Origin: Octopus sinensis
Lineage: Eukaryota
Assembly (NCBI RefSeq): GCF_006345805.1
Contig: NC_043005.1
Coordinates: 28,644,001-28,708,000, forward strand
DNA length: 64,000 nucleotides
Direction: 5' to 3'
The notes under the pieces are model-generated. The model saw only the letters and a program-made list of their open reading frames with translations. It was not told the DNA's origin and ran no database searches. This document shows positions 37,891-52,454 of the stretch, piece after piece. Position 1 is the stretch's first letter. Each line of letters opens with the position of its first letter. A program made the position numbers and the translations under genes.

Positions 37891-40800
37891 TTTTTCTCCC
37901 TTGAACACCCATACAAACTCATTCTCACCTACTCTCTCTGTTTCTCCTCTCTTCCTTTCCCACACACACCATATATACTTGTCGTCTGGCTTTGAATAAA
38001 AACTGAAATTATATTTGTTTTTTGTTGATTTATTTCAGAAAAATCCAGAAAAATATAATTTAATAGAAGTATTGCTTGACAAAGGAGTTTCAGAACGCAT
38101 GTTAGATCGTGAGGAACGGCCATGGGAACTCATTCAGCAAGCTCGTAAAGTAAGAAAACATTATATCACAATATTAGATGACCCTCTCTCTATCTTCAAT
38201 GCTTTACCATTTCTTTTCTGACAACTGATAAATCTTTTGCATTATCTCTGTGATTAAAAAATATATTGAACTGATTTTTGCTTTTCTTGGGTGAGATAAT
38301 GTTGCATCTCAAGTGGATCAGTCTCAAAAATAGTTCTTCATTTAGACTTATCTGTTCTTATTTAATTTCAAGTCAGCCCTGATTAAACGCACTTATTACC
38401 AAAGATCCACCAACTGCTAAAACACACATCAACAATCATTTATTCAAGCTCATTATAGTCATCACTTCATTATTATATATCTTGGTTTTCTTTAAAATAG
38501 TAGGTTGTAATTTTATGGGAGATTTGGCAGCTATTACAAGTAGGTCCAGAACCTTTGTGGAAAAACCCTGTTTAGCTTACCTCCTCTGCTGTTATATCAT
38601 AGATTCCAGAAGATTGCAAGCTACAGAGTAAGTTGAGACTGGAACTTTTGAGAATCAGCCAATCTCAACAGTAACATTGTTGCATGTTCACACAACACAC
38701 TTTTCCACATTTCTATACATGCTCCATCAACTGTTGATACCTGTTCACACACACACACACACATATTTTCATTATTAATAGTCATCAGAAGTTACAGAAT
38801 GACTCAAGGGTCAAGAGTGCATTGGCATGTGTAATACTCAATTTTCACTACTTACATTTGTATGGTTATGGTTAAGAAGTTCACTTCCCACCCATGCAGT
38901 TTTAGGTTCAGTCCCACTTTGTGGTGGTGCCCTTGGCAAGTGTCTTCAACAGTAGCCCCAAGCTCTGTGAGAGGATTTAGGTGAGAGAAACTGAAAGAAG
39001 CTTGTCGTATATATGTGTTTCTGTGTCTTTATCTTGTCATCAAGTGATAGTTGTAAAGAAGCATTATTGTCATACAAGCAGTTTTTCATTTCCAAAACAT
39101 GTTCAGCTATTAGGAAATATTACCTCCCTTGGAAACTGTTGCATGTTGGTGATAGGAAGAGTATGTGGCTGTAGAAAACCTGTCTCAGTGATGTATGTCT
39201 GACATATGCAAGCATGCAAAAAAAAGATAAAGTCAGATCTACTCAGAAAAATCAAAATATCATTCTTCAGAACATCTGTTGAGTCAGTGTTGCAGTATGG
39301 AACTGGTACATGGACCCTGATACAAGCACTTAAGAAGAAACTGGATGGTGTATACACTAAAATGCTTAGGGTTATACAAAACATAAAATGTCATCAACGA
39401 ATTACAAATAAAGGTTTATACAGAAGCTTGCCCAAGATGACAACTACAATTGCTCAAAGGTGGTTCTGATTTACAGGGCATTCTTGGAGAAGCAGGCAGG
39501 AAGTTATACACAAGCTACTGTTGTGGGAATCAACTCATGGGAGATGCATTAGAGAAAGACCTCCTCGAACATTCTTCAACCAACTCTCAGACAATACAAA
39601 TCTCAATAAGGAGAAATTGCCACATGAAATGGAAAACTCATGAATTGTGGAAAGACTTTGTCAGTAATGTTCAATTGTGGTTGCAATAATGTATTTCCTC
39701 ATCATTATCATTTTAACATCCAATTTTCCATGGACTAGAAGGAATTTGTTGAGGCAAATTTTCCATTGCCAGATTCTCCTTCTGTTGCCAACCCTTACCT
39801 GTTTCCATGTAAGGTTATATTTCCTTTAGTCCTTTCAATATGATCAGCACAATGGACAGGGAAAGTTTTCACACAATGTTGCAAACAAATAACAGTGTAT
39901 TTTTCAGTGTGCAAGAAATGACATGTACATTGTTTGCGTTAATATTATACAATACTATTGGATTTTCACAAATTCATGTAAATAAAGCTAGCTCATCAGA
40001 TCATTGGAACATAAACTCAAAGTTGAATCATTGATGTAATCATGATGTTCAGGTAATCCGATGAGCTGCTTTCGTTATTTGCATTAATTTGTGAATAAAA
40101 AATTGTATTGTATATTGCTGGGTATACATATCACTGCAAACATGAACACACAATTTCTTGCATTCTGAAATTAATACTAAAATGAAGAAAGTTATGAAAC
40201 AGCCATGGCTATATGGAAGTCATATGGTTAAATAAATCTACCTTCACCTCTCACTCCTCCTGACTTTATGAGATACACACACACACACAAGTACGTATGT
40301 ATATATGAAAAAATTCTTTTAGTTTCCATCTATAAAATCCACTCACAAAGTTTTGGTTAACCTGATGCTATCATAGAAGGCACTTGTCCAAGATGTCACA
40401 CATTGGGATTGAACCTGAAATCACGTGGTTAGGAAATGATATGTATATATAGTTCTCTAAAGGGTCACTTCCATGTGTGTGTGTTTAAAATCCATTTTCC
40501 ATGATGGCATGGGTTAGATGGTTTGACGGGATCTGGCAAGCTGCAGGGCTGTGTTGAGCTCCAATGTCAACTATAACATAGATTTTACATCTGAATTCTC
40601 TTCATCACTCCTTTAGTGCCTTCATATATATTTCTCAACTGTCTGCATACACTCTTCCTTTGTTGACTTTGAATTTTGTGTTTCAATACATTACATACCA
40701 TTGCAGTCTTGTTGTCATTGTATTTTCCCCTCATAACTTTTCACTTTGTACATTCATAGAAATTCTCACATTTTTCATTGATTCTTCTCACCCTCATAGG

Positions 40801-41054
40801 ACTCATTGCGGCAAAACCGGATGACTCGTTTCTATATACAACAGACTGAGGACCCTCATGGTCCAACGATTTCCTTGTTTGTAGGTAATTTACCATGTGG
40901 ATTATCTCAACGCCAATATGAAAAAATCCTTCTTGACATAATAGGCCCAGGTAAGAAATTGCTGCTTCCTTCATTTCATCATAGTTGTGTAAGCCGTTAT
41001 TTTCTGAAGATGATATTATCTTTTTAATATTAACTTATTTTTCTCTTAATCAAT

Positions 41055-41090
<36 letters not shown>

Positions 41091-44000
41091 CTACCAAGTG
41101 AACATCCTCAAAAATGGAATAAACCCAACATGTGAAACCAGTGAAAAACAAGTCAAGACAATAGACCATACCGTTTCAAGGTGCTCCACCTTGGTTCCAA
41201 CTGAATTTAAAGCTAGGCATGGTCAGGTTGGCCATTCCATTCACTGGACACTATGTAAACATTATGGGACACAGTTTACTAAAAAATGGTTTGAACACCA
41301 TCCCCTACCAGTAGTCTAAGAACTGATGAAACAATCTTATGGAATTTTACAGTTCCAACAGACCACACCATAAATACTAATCAGACTGATATTATTGTTA
41401 CAAATTTGAAAAATAAAACGTACTTACTCATTGACATGATTATTCCATCTGATATAAAAACATGTCTTCTGAAAAGAATAAGAAATTTGCTAAGGAATCA
41501 TAGAGATCAAGATTAGTGCAATGTGACAATTAAAGACAAACAACTTCAGTTTTAATTAACAAAGACATAAATGAGTTTCTTGAAAGCAACCCTGGTTATC
41601 ATAACATTTATGAAATTCAAAAAAGATCTTTCTCAACAGCTAGATTTTTACATATATTTTTATTTTTGTGATACCAAATAATTAATATTGGATTCCCTTC
41701 TTTAATATGTCCTTTTTCCATTTCTGTATATTGATTCTAAATTAATTTTATATAACCATTATGTGCCTGCCTTAGATATCTGGTTGACACCCACCAGGAA
41801 AATAATGATAATTTGTAACAATGATAATGTACCAGAAGGAGTCACCGAGAACAAGGAATACAAGATATTGTGTGATTTTACAACCTAATGTGATTCCCTA
41901 ATTGATGCTTGGAGACCAGATATTGTTGTGATAGATAACAGAAAAAAGGAAACCAAGATTATAGATATTGCAGTACCTGAGGATGCATGGATAATTGACA
42001 AAGAACTAGAAAAGATGGAAAAGTACAGACTACTAAAAGACAAAATTGCAAGAACATAGACTATGAGGAGAGTGTCTGTCATTCCAGTAGTTGTAGCACT
42101 AACAACCAAGTTCAAGAAATATGTTAAAGAAATCGGAATTGACATGAGAGCAAAGCAAGCCCAAAAAACTGCTCTGCTGGGGACAGCTAGGATTTTGAGA
42201 TTGGTACTTGGATGTTGAATGTCTTCCATGATAATTAACAACCAAGTATCAAAGCTTATAATGTGTGGAAAGAAACCCTGTGAGACCTCTGACAACAGGC
42301 TAATGTCCACTCTCAGATGAGAATCTACTAGAACAAACAAAACCGAATGTTATGAGAAATAAAACAATAATAATAATAATGGTTTCAAATTTTTCCACAA
42401 GGGCAGCAATTTTGGGGGACGGAATGAGTCAATTACATCGACCCCAGAGTTCAACTGGTACTTATTTTATTGACCCCAAAAGGATGAAAGGCAAAGTCGA
42501 CCTCAGCGGAATTTGAACTCAGAACATAGCAACGGGCAAAATACTGTCAAGTATTTTGTCCAGCACGCTAATGATTCTGCCAGCTTGCCGCTTTGTAATT
42601 GAATTTGGAAGGCAGAAGTTCCTGCCATGTGTGTAGGTGCTTGCGCCTCTCCAAGAGAGAGTGTGAGGGAATTGTATTTATCTTAGTTTCGTTTTTTTTT
42701 CTCTATTTTGTTGCTTGAAATTTTTTTAACAACATGTAAATCCTCTAATTAATGTATTTTCTTTCTATTTGTTTCTCAGAAAATAAGTGGCACTCATTTG
42801 ATGTGATCTACTATGAGTATGGTGCTCTAGTTCTCATATACAACACTGCAGAGAAAGCTAGTCGTTCATTCCACATTTTAAGGGATACTATCTTTGATGA
42901 TAAACAACTCCTTGCAATGTTACTACCTAATATACAGGTAAGGTCTGCCTAGCCATCATTCTGTTTAACCCTTTTGTTACCATATTTCTGTTGAAATGCA
43001 CTGCATCTATTTAAATTAATTTTGAGAATAATGAAAAATTTAGTAAAATAACTTGGCCGTTTTTAAGCTTATATTTGGAACATAAATTAACATGAAATTT
43101 TGATGAAATTTGACTGGTCCCATGCGCCAGTTCCACCTGACTGGTACCAAAGCAGTGCAGCCTGTGTAGTCCTGTGGCCAGTGTCACCTGACTGACTCCC
43201 ATGCCGGTGGCACGTAAAAAGCACCGTTCAAGTGTGGTCATTGTTAGTGCTGCCTAACTGGCCCTTGTACTAGTGGCACGTAAAAAACATAAAAAGCACC
43301 CACTACACTCTTGGAGTGGTTGGCACTGTGAAGAGCATCCAGCTGTAGAAACCTTGCCACATCAGATTGGAGCCTGGTGCAGCCTTCTGGTTTGCCAGCC
43401 CTCAGACTGTTCAACCCATGCCAGCATGGAAAGTGGATGTTAAATGATGATGATGATAATGATTTTAATTTAGATCACTTTCAAGCCAGAAGTTTGTAAC
43501 ATAGATCCAGGGGTGTTCTCATGTGGAATGGTATCAAAAGAGGTAATGATACAACCTGGCACTTTGGGTGCTTTTAGAGGAGTCCTCTTTGTTGCAAGCA
43601 ATTGTGTCTGTCTTCAGTTTTAAGATACTTCACTCTCACTAATCTTGGAGGCCATATGCAAGCCATAGGCTTTGCCTCCTTCCTTACTAAAAGATAAAAA
43701 AAAAAAAGAAATTAACGTTAGGGTCTCATATTTGTAATATAGAAAGTTGAAAAACTGATAGACTAAAATAATTCAAGGTGTTTGTAGACAAAGCTTCCTG
43801 CTAGAGGGTTGTTAAAATATAATGGACTAGGAAAGAAGGCAACTAATAAAATCAACAAAGTGAACTTTTGCAGGAAAAGAAACACAACTTAGATAATTCT
43901 CTTAGTTGGCCTGAAAAATGAGCTATTTGCAATTGCACTGCCTTTATTTACAAATAATTTCACTTAGTTGATTTATTGGAGTTATCTCTCATGTCTATTG

Positions 44001-44786
44001 TTTTTATTTTTTAAATGCTTTTTATGGGAGTTTTTGTCCATTGACTGATCTCAAGAAGTCAGTTTTGCGGTTAACAGTATTGATATAAATACATGTAGCC
44101 CTACCGTAATCTAATGTGTTTAATGCTTCTTTTATAAAAAGAGGCATATATCATAGCTTGAGGGAGAGAGAGAAGTGATTATCTGTACAAAAAAGAAAAC
44201 TGCATTTTTATTTTCATTTTACTTTTTCGAGTTTGCTACTCTTCTGCAGATATTGAATGTCAATTACATTAAGTTTAGCAATAATGGAGGACTGCAATAA
44301 ACTCACATATTTCTTTTTAGATACACAGCAATATCTCATGTTGTGAGATTTAAAAATAGTAATTTTCTAATATATAGCAATGTGTTCAATATTATACACA
44401 TCTATATATACATATGCAAAAATAAGCCTTGACACTGACTTCAAAGTTTTTCCAGTTTTTGGTTTCACTAGAATTTTAAAGTATTTCGTTTTCTTTTTCA
44501 AGCCTTATCAATATATATACCCTTTCAGTCATTGTGACGTTTTCAACTGTAACAATTAAACAATTAGATTTAGAAAAATTAAAAGAAAAGTTTTTTTTAA
44601 AAGAATATTTGTAGGCATAGGAGTGGCTGTGTGGTAAGTAGCTTGCTTACCAACCACATGGTTCTGGGTTCAGTCCCACTGCATGGCACCTTGGGCAAGT
44701 ATCTTCTACTATAGCCTCGGGCCGACCAAAGCCTTGTGAGTGGATTTGGCAGACAGAAACTGAAAGAAGCCTGTCGTATATATATA

Positions 44787-44828
<42 letters not shown>

Positions 44829-47338
44829 CTGTGTGTATATGTTTGTGTCTGTGTTTGTCCCCCCAACATCGCTTGACAACTGATGCTGGTGTGTTTACAT
44901 CCCCGTAACTTAGCGGTTCGGCAAAAGAGACCGATAGAATAAGTACTAGGCTTACAAAGAATAAGTCCTGGGGTTGATTTGCTCGACTAAAAGGCGGTGC
45001 TCCAGCATAGCCACAGTCAAATGACTGAAACAAGTAAAAGAGTAAAAGAGAGTATAGTGTTCAAATACAATTCACAATGACCTCAAACCCACAAGAGTAA
45101 ACAAGAGAGACAGAGACAGGCAGAAACAAGAAAAATGCCACTTGTATTTGAACACTATACTCTCTTTGTGACATTTTTCTTGTTTCTGCCTGTCTCTGTC
45201 TCTCTTGTTTACCCTTGTGGGTTTGAGGTCATTGTGAATTCTTGGTAGGGAAAAAGAAAAAGGAGGAGGAGAAGAATGTGGGAGTGCCATGACAGTAGTA
45301 TATTGAATGGTCAGCTGGGCTGACCCACAAGTTGATGGTAGCAGTTGATGTTCAATTCATGGAAATATTTCTTTTGAATGTTTTGTTTATAACATAGGGG
45401 TTATTCAGTTAGGAAGAAGAGGAGGAAAGAGAAGGGAGAATAAGAAGGAATGTAGGTAGTGTGAAAGTAGTAAGGTGTTAAATGTTTAAGTGACTTAAAA
45501 TTATGAATTATAGCACTGATTGAGACTGTTTTTTAATGAATTCTTGGGAATCTCTTGATTGTATCATTTTTAATATTTGCGTGTGTATTTGTGTTATTCT
45601 AAAGCTGAGGTGGATATGTCATTTGTCGTAGATGCGTTCTTCTTCACCTTAAAAACTTTTCTTTTAATTTTTATAAATTTAATTGTTTATTTGTTACAGG
45701 TGAAAAAGTCACAATGACTGAAACCGGTACTGAAATGTTTTTTATAAAATTATTTTAGCATTTTCTATCTTGACTTTTTTTCCATATATATCAACTCATG
45801 TGTTCCTTTTCATCCTTCTACATATATATATATATATATATATATCTTTGTTATGTGTGATGGAAGCAGTATCAGTTTAAAATAGCATTTGGTGTATCAT
45901 ACTTAAAGTAGATACATCATTGAAAGCCTAATTAACTGCAATGTTCATCCCAAGATAGCATCTCATATAGATGTACAGTGTTTAAAAAACATGTCAATAG
46001 CAGATAAAAATCATGCAGCAGCAGTAGTGGCATTGCTACATGTGCATTTTTGCATCTTTGTGTTTCATCTGTAGAAGTTTAAAATACACAATTACTGATA
46101 TGGGAAAACTGACTTTTCAATCACTGATGTTACAAATTAGTCAACAGGCTGAATAAAAATTTGCTATGTGTGACTGATGCAGAATTGTAGTAAAGATTGT
46201 TTGCCAACATAACACAGCAGCACCACCTCTAGCCGAACAATTATTCTGTGCTGATGAAGGGAAATAACCCGAAAATCGCAGTACACAGATATTGTTTTCA
46301 GCTGCGTGGGGGTGCTAGATTCCCTTGTTCGAAAATAAGGACACATCGTGTCATATAGCCAGCTGGAGATGATGTCTCCTGGGGATAAATTACAGCAACG
46401 TTCGTCCTAAACCAGGACTGCCATGTTATGTAGGCAAACAATCTTTACTCCAAAGTACTGTTGCTAAATATCTCATGTTGTGAGATTTTAAAATAGTAAT
46501 CTTTTAGATGCAGAATTACTTTCAACTAGGAGTAGCAGTGGTGATATTGCTAGATATGCATTTCTGCCTCTTTGGGTTTCATCAGTAATATCTACTAGCA
46601 ATCATATGCTAAGACAAATCCCTCTTCATACAAGCCCTTCTGATGTGTTCCAGCATTGGGTTTTTCCCTAACTTTTGTATGCAAAACCAAATGGTAAAAT
46701 ACTGTACTGTTTAAACATCAATACATTCACACATATTTATCTGTGATATGAATACTTAGAATCGGTTGAATTTGTAAATTTTGTATTGACTTTTTTTTCC
46801 AAAAAATACAATTTTTTTAGCTGCTGATTGACATTTTTCTTTTTTTTAAATTTGGGTTGATTTAATAGATTTTCTGTTTTTCATTTTTCCTTTCAGCCAC
46901 ATATGATTCCTGATAATGGTATACAACCATTATTAGTATTTGTAAACGTCAAAAGCGGTGGCTGCCAGGGAACAGAACTCATCACTTCTTTCCGTAAACT
47001 TCTTAACCCTCATCAAGTTTTTAATTTAGAAGCTGGTGGTCCTCTACCTGGGTAAATAATCTTTTCTGGTTTATGTGTTTTTTGTTTGTTTGTTTTTTAA
47101 TGCTAATTGTCTCCTATATTTCCAGATATTTTAGTAATTTTACAAATTGTTATCATCTGTGAATTGACAAATAGGTGCAGGAGTGGCTGTGTGGTAAATA
47201 GCTTGCTTACCAACCACATGCTTCCGGGTTCATTCCCACTGCGTGGCACCTTGGGCCAGTGTCTTCTACTATAGCCTCGGGCAGATCAAAGCCCTGTGAG
47301 TGGATTTGGTAGACGGAAACTGAAAGAAACTTGTCGTG

Positions 47339-47387
<49 letters not shown>

Positions 47388-48870
47388 TTGTGTGTCTGTG
47401 TTTGTCCCCCACAACATCGCTTGACAACCGATGATGGTGTGTTTACGTCCCTGTAACTTAATGGTTCGGCAAAAGAGACCAATAGAATAAGTACTAGGCT
47501 TCCAAAGAATTAGATCTGGGGTCGATTTGCTTGACTAAAGGCGGTTCTCCAGCATGGCTGCAGTAACATAGCCCGCAGTTGGCTTGCAACCTACAGTGGA
47601 CTGTCTTGTAGCCTGTTGTAATCTACCTTACAGCAGCCTGTCTCTCAGACTGTCTCCTGCCATTACTGTTCTAAGTAGAAATATTCTGTCTCTGCCTCAG
47701 TGGGACTTCAATCAATTGAACAAACATGAACAATCTTGTTTTTTGTACAAATGTCAATAGAGCAGAATATCTGTTGTAGCAAAAAAAAAAAAGAAATCCC
47801 ATTCCAGCTTTCAATGATTTCACATGACATCTGACCTCTCTATATGACACTAGACTGTGTAATGTGGCTAACCAGGAGCGAAATTCTGGCAAAAATCAGT
47901 GTCTGACTGACTGATTGACTGACCTAACACCATGACAAAGTAAGGAAGGAGGAAAACAGATGACATTATCAACAGCAATATTACACTCATAAATCTCAAT
48001 ACCCAGTCTTCAGCGGTGAAATAATAATGATAATAATAATAATAATAATAATAATTATCCTTTCTACTAAAGGCACAAGGCCTATATTTTGGTGGGAGAG
48101 GGATAGTCGATTCACTGGTACTTAATTTATCAACGCTGAAAGGATGAAAGGCAAAGTTGATCTCAGTGGAATTTGAACCCAGAATGTGAAGGCAGACGAA
48201 ATACCACTAAGCATTTCGCCCGATGTGCTAATGATTCTGCCAGTTTGCTGCCTTAATGATAATTATAATAATAATAACTCGCTGGACCCATGAAAAATTC
48301 ACAGAAAACTTTAAAAATGTAAGCATCTATAAACAGTGTCATGGTGCCATGAGAAATGTTTTGTATATTATGACCGTCTGTAGCTGTAATTCATAGGGGC
48401 CAGCCTCGTCATATTCTGTGTGAGGCTGAATCTCCCTGAGAACTACATTAATGTTATGCATATCTGTGGAGTATTCAGCCATTTGTGAGTTAATTTTATC
48501 CTCATGTGGTAATGAAAAGTGAAATTGACAGCCAATATTTCCTACTGTCTCTCTCACTTTCTATCTTTCTCTTTCACTTCCTTTGTGTCCCTCTTCTCTC
48601 CCACTTTTGATTTAACAATGTGTATATGTATCTACTTGTGATGTGATAAACATTTAAAAACACAAAACAAATGTTGTCACTGCCCACTGTCTCTTTCACT
48701 CTCTTTTTCTCTCTCACTCTCTCTCTCACTCTCTTTTTCTCTCTCACTCTCTCTCTCACTCTCCCTTTCTCTCTCACTCTCTCTCTCTCTCGCTTTGCCA
48801 CTTCTTTGAAGTAAGTGTGATGCACAACAGGTATGTACAAAAACAAAAAGTTAGCATATTAATATTATTG

Positions 48871-48902
<32 letters not shown>

Positions 48903-50103
48903 GACACTGAGAGCACTAAACTGGCTCAAAGGAACCCTAAAAGAAGAAAAAGAGATTGAGAGCACTATACTGGCAGGGCAAGACCAAGCTTTGGCCATGA
49001 ACTGGAGGGTCCACTTTAGGAATGAGCAAGTGTCTCCACTGTGCTACATCCGCAATAGAGTGGATGAAACCATTGCCCATATCATGAGCAAATGCCCTAG
49101 ACTTGATCAAAACCACCACAAGTTGTGGTGACGTGATCAATTAGCAAAAGTGCTACGTAAGAAACTGTGCAAAAAGGTGGGGGGGGTAGAGAGAGGCAAG
49201 ATGTGGTATGAGCACAAACCACAGAAAGTGGGATTTCCCAGTCCAAACAAATCAAGTGCTAGAGCATAACAGACCAGACCTAGTGGTGGTGGACAAGGTG
49301 TATCACATATGCTATATAGTTGATGTTGCATGCCTCTTTGACCCATGAATAGTCAAGAAGGAAGGCAAAAAGAAAGATATTACCCTCCTAAGTACGAAAT
49401 AGCCTGGCTATGGAAAATGAAGAAGGTGAAGATAGTGCCAATTATTGTTGGGTCCTTAGGAACAGTATAAGAAGGTATCAAGAGGAATAAAAAGGAAATT
49501 GGAATGGAGTGCCCAGTAGAACTGTAACAAAAGGTTTGCCTCCTTGGCATGTTCAGAATAATCAGGAAAGTATTAGATAGCTGAAAAGAATAGATAGCAT
49601 GGTACCGTAGGCTTCAGGTAGCAAGCCTTCTACACATGCAAGAGTCCAGGAGCTCCAACAAAACCTGTGATAAAGAGAAATAATAATAATAATAATAATC
49701 CTTTCTACTATAAGCACAAGGCCTGAAATTTTGGCAGGAGGAGGATAGATTATATTGACCCCAGTGTTCAGCTGGTCTAATTTTATTGACCCCCAAACGG
49801 ACGAAAGGCAAAGTCAGCCTTGGTGGAATTTGATCTCAGAATGTGAAGATGGACGAAATGCTGCTAACGATTCTGCCAGCTTGCCACCTTAATAATAATA
49901 ACAATAATAATAATAATAATAATAATTACAAATTTTGCCACAAGGGCAGCAATTTTGGGGAAAGGGGTGAGTCGATTACATTGATCCTGAAAGGATGAAA
50001 GGTAAAGTCGGCCTTGGCAGAATTTGAACCTAGAACATAGCCACGGTCGAAATACAGCTAAGCATTTCATCCAGCATGCTAATGATTCTGCCAGCTTGCC
50101 ACC

Positions 50104-50145
<42 letters not shown>

Positions 50146-52418
50146 TCATCATCAATAATAATAACAATAATAATAACACATTGGTGCAAGGAGAGAGTAT
50201 TTAGTTAATTGAACTGCCCCCTCCTCTCCTTTATCTAGTCTATTGATCCAGAAGGTCAACTCCAGTGGGATTTCAACTCTGAATATAATAAATAGCTAAA
50301 TGCCAGAAGACATTTAATCTGGCGCTCAACCATTTCTGCCACTGGTCTGATGATGCAGATAATGATTGTAATAATAATAATGATAATGAAGATAGTTTAT
50401 TAAATAATTAATAGTGTCTTTTAATTAAAATGCTATATTGCTGAATATATCTCATTAATTCTCATTAGACTAATGGAAATGACTGTGATTATGCAATTTA
50501 ATGATTATACAGTTTCCACATCTCCCATGTGCAGTAGTATATAATGTTACCTAAATGTACACAATAATGCACAGAAGTGACACAAGTGCACACTGTTGCA
50601 GTAAGGGTATCCAATGTTTCAAGGTACATAACATACACTTTGGTGCATAGGTACATGACTTGGTGCACAAGTGTACAATGATAGCAGTATACAGAGGTGC
50701 ACAATTTGGCACTGAGGTCACAGTATTGCATAGAGGTATACAGTATACCACAGGTGTGCAGCATGGAACAGAAGTGACCAGTGTTGTGTGGATGTGCACA
50801 GTATGGCACAGAGGTGCACAGCATGGAATAGAGGTGTATCATAAGGAACACAGATACACAGAATCATGGAGGCGGGGTACAGTATGACACAGGGTTACAC
50901 AATTTTGTATAAAATGCGCAGTAACACAAGCATGCGAACATGCAAAAAAAAAGCGCAAAAACCTATCATCATATAAAGACAGTTTTAGTGTCTTCTTTTA
51001 GAAGTTCACCTGAAAACAGTTATTTGTCTGATGTTTTACCTTTATGTTAATGAACACATCCTGATCAACAGGTGTAAAATATATTCCATTAATTATTTAT
51101 TGTGAAATTAATTTGAAGAACACCTGAAACAGTTAGGGCAAAGATGTGTTGCTGGTTAGCCCCAGATCCACCATGAACAATCTTTCAATAGACAGGCAGG
51201 TAGTCAACCAAACAATGAATTACAACCTAGTTTTATTTTTCTATATATAAACCACGGCATCACCTTGATGAAGGTCAGACTGGTGATAATCCAGATATGT
51301 TGCATCATCTCCTCTATTCAGTAGAGTTGAAGATCCTGGTGATGGCGACAATGGAGATTGACATGGTGGACTAGCAAACAAACGGACGAATACACTGCAT
51401 TGTTGTGTAAATGAGAGAGTAGGAAGTAAAATTACTTTATTAATGAGTTTAGGAATACAGAATATTATGTTAAAGAATATATATTGACAATGTCTATAAC
51501 TTCATTACGGTTTGTTTGGTTCAGTCTTGGTTATTAGATGATTTATTCTTGACCTCAGATATACATTGATCACAGGCTTGATTCAAGCAAACAATTTTGT
51601 CTCATAACTAAGGGATGTGATTTCTTTGTCCCACCAGACCAGGGAAGGGGTGGGGGATATGAGTGAATGACAACTGATGATATTCAAAGATCAAACTATT
51701 TGAAACAGATATAAATATTGTAAATATATACACTATAAAGTGTAATAGCATAGCTCATGGTTTCTCGATTGGTTTTCTTTTTTTTTTCTTTTCTTGTCTC
51801 ATGCATCACTTTGATTTTCAAATTTAGAAAATTAAAAGTGTGCTTCACTGTGAATGGACACAGTATATAGCATGAATATAATATACAAAGGGAAATCAAA
51901 TATTATCTGCACTTTTGCCAAAACTTTCTTTAGATTGGCTGTGCTTTCTTCAGTGCTCACATACTTAAAAGTGGTACTCTTGTAATGACATAACTGAGGT
52001 TTGACCTTGGTCCCTCCAGTTCTCTTTCTGGTGTTGCAGAGTAAACATGGCCACTCCACTGGTCATGTGCACCGACAAAGAACAGTGATCGGTGATCTGA
52101 GAAATCAGATCACTGAAGGTGTCAGGGGCTGAAAAGCATGGTTGTCCTTGCATATCAGCATGTCCCCTACATCCCTCTTCAGCTTAGCATTCCTTATCTT
52201 GCAGGTTTGTGGGTGCTGGTGCCACATAAAAAGCACCCATACCAGTGCTGTGTAAAAGCACCCAGTCCACATTCGGTAAAATGGTTGGTGTTAGGAAGGG
52301 CATCCAGCCATAGAAACCATGCTAAAACACATGGGACCTGGGCAGCCCTTCAGCTGGCCAGCTCCTGGCAAACCATCCAATCCACACCAGCATGGAAAAC
52401 AGACATTAAATGGTGATG

Positions 52419-52454
<36 letters not shown>

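Noticed and set aside
37700-37999. ERERER/SLSLSL ORFs
   Set aside because: Translation of the (CT)n microsatellite; same applies to the IYIYIY and IIIII ORFs elsewhere
41885-42340. 151-aa minus-strand ORF
   Set aside because: Antisense shadow of the plus-strand R4/Dong endonuclease remnant
51262-51305. Hammerhead-like TTGATGAAGG..CCAGATATGTT
   Set aside because: Both core boxes are altered and no stem I or convincing stem II pairing exists
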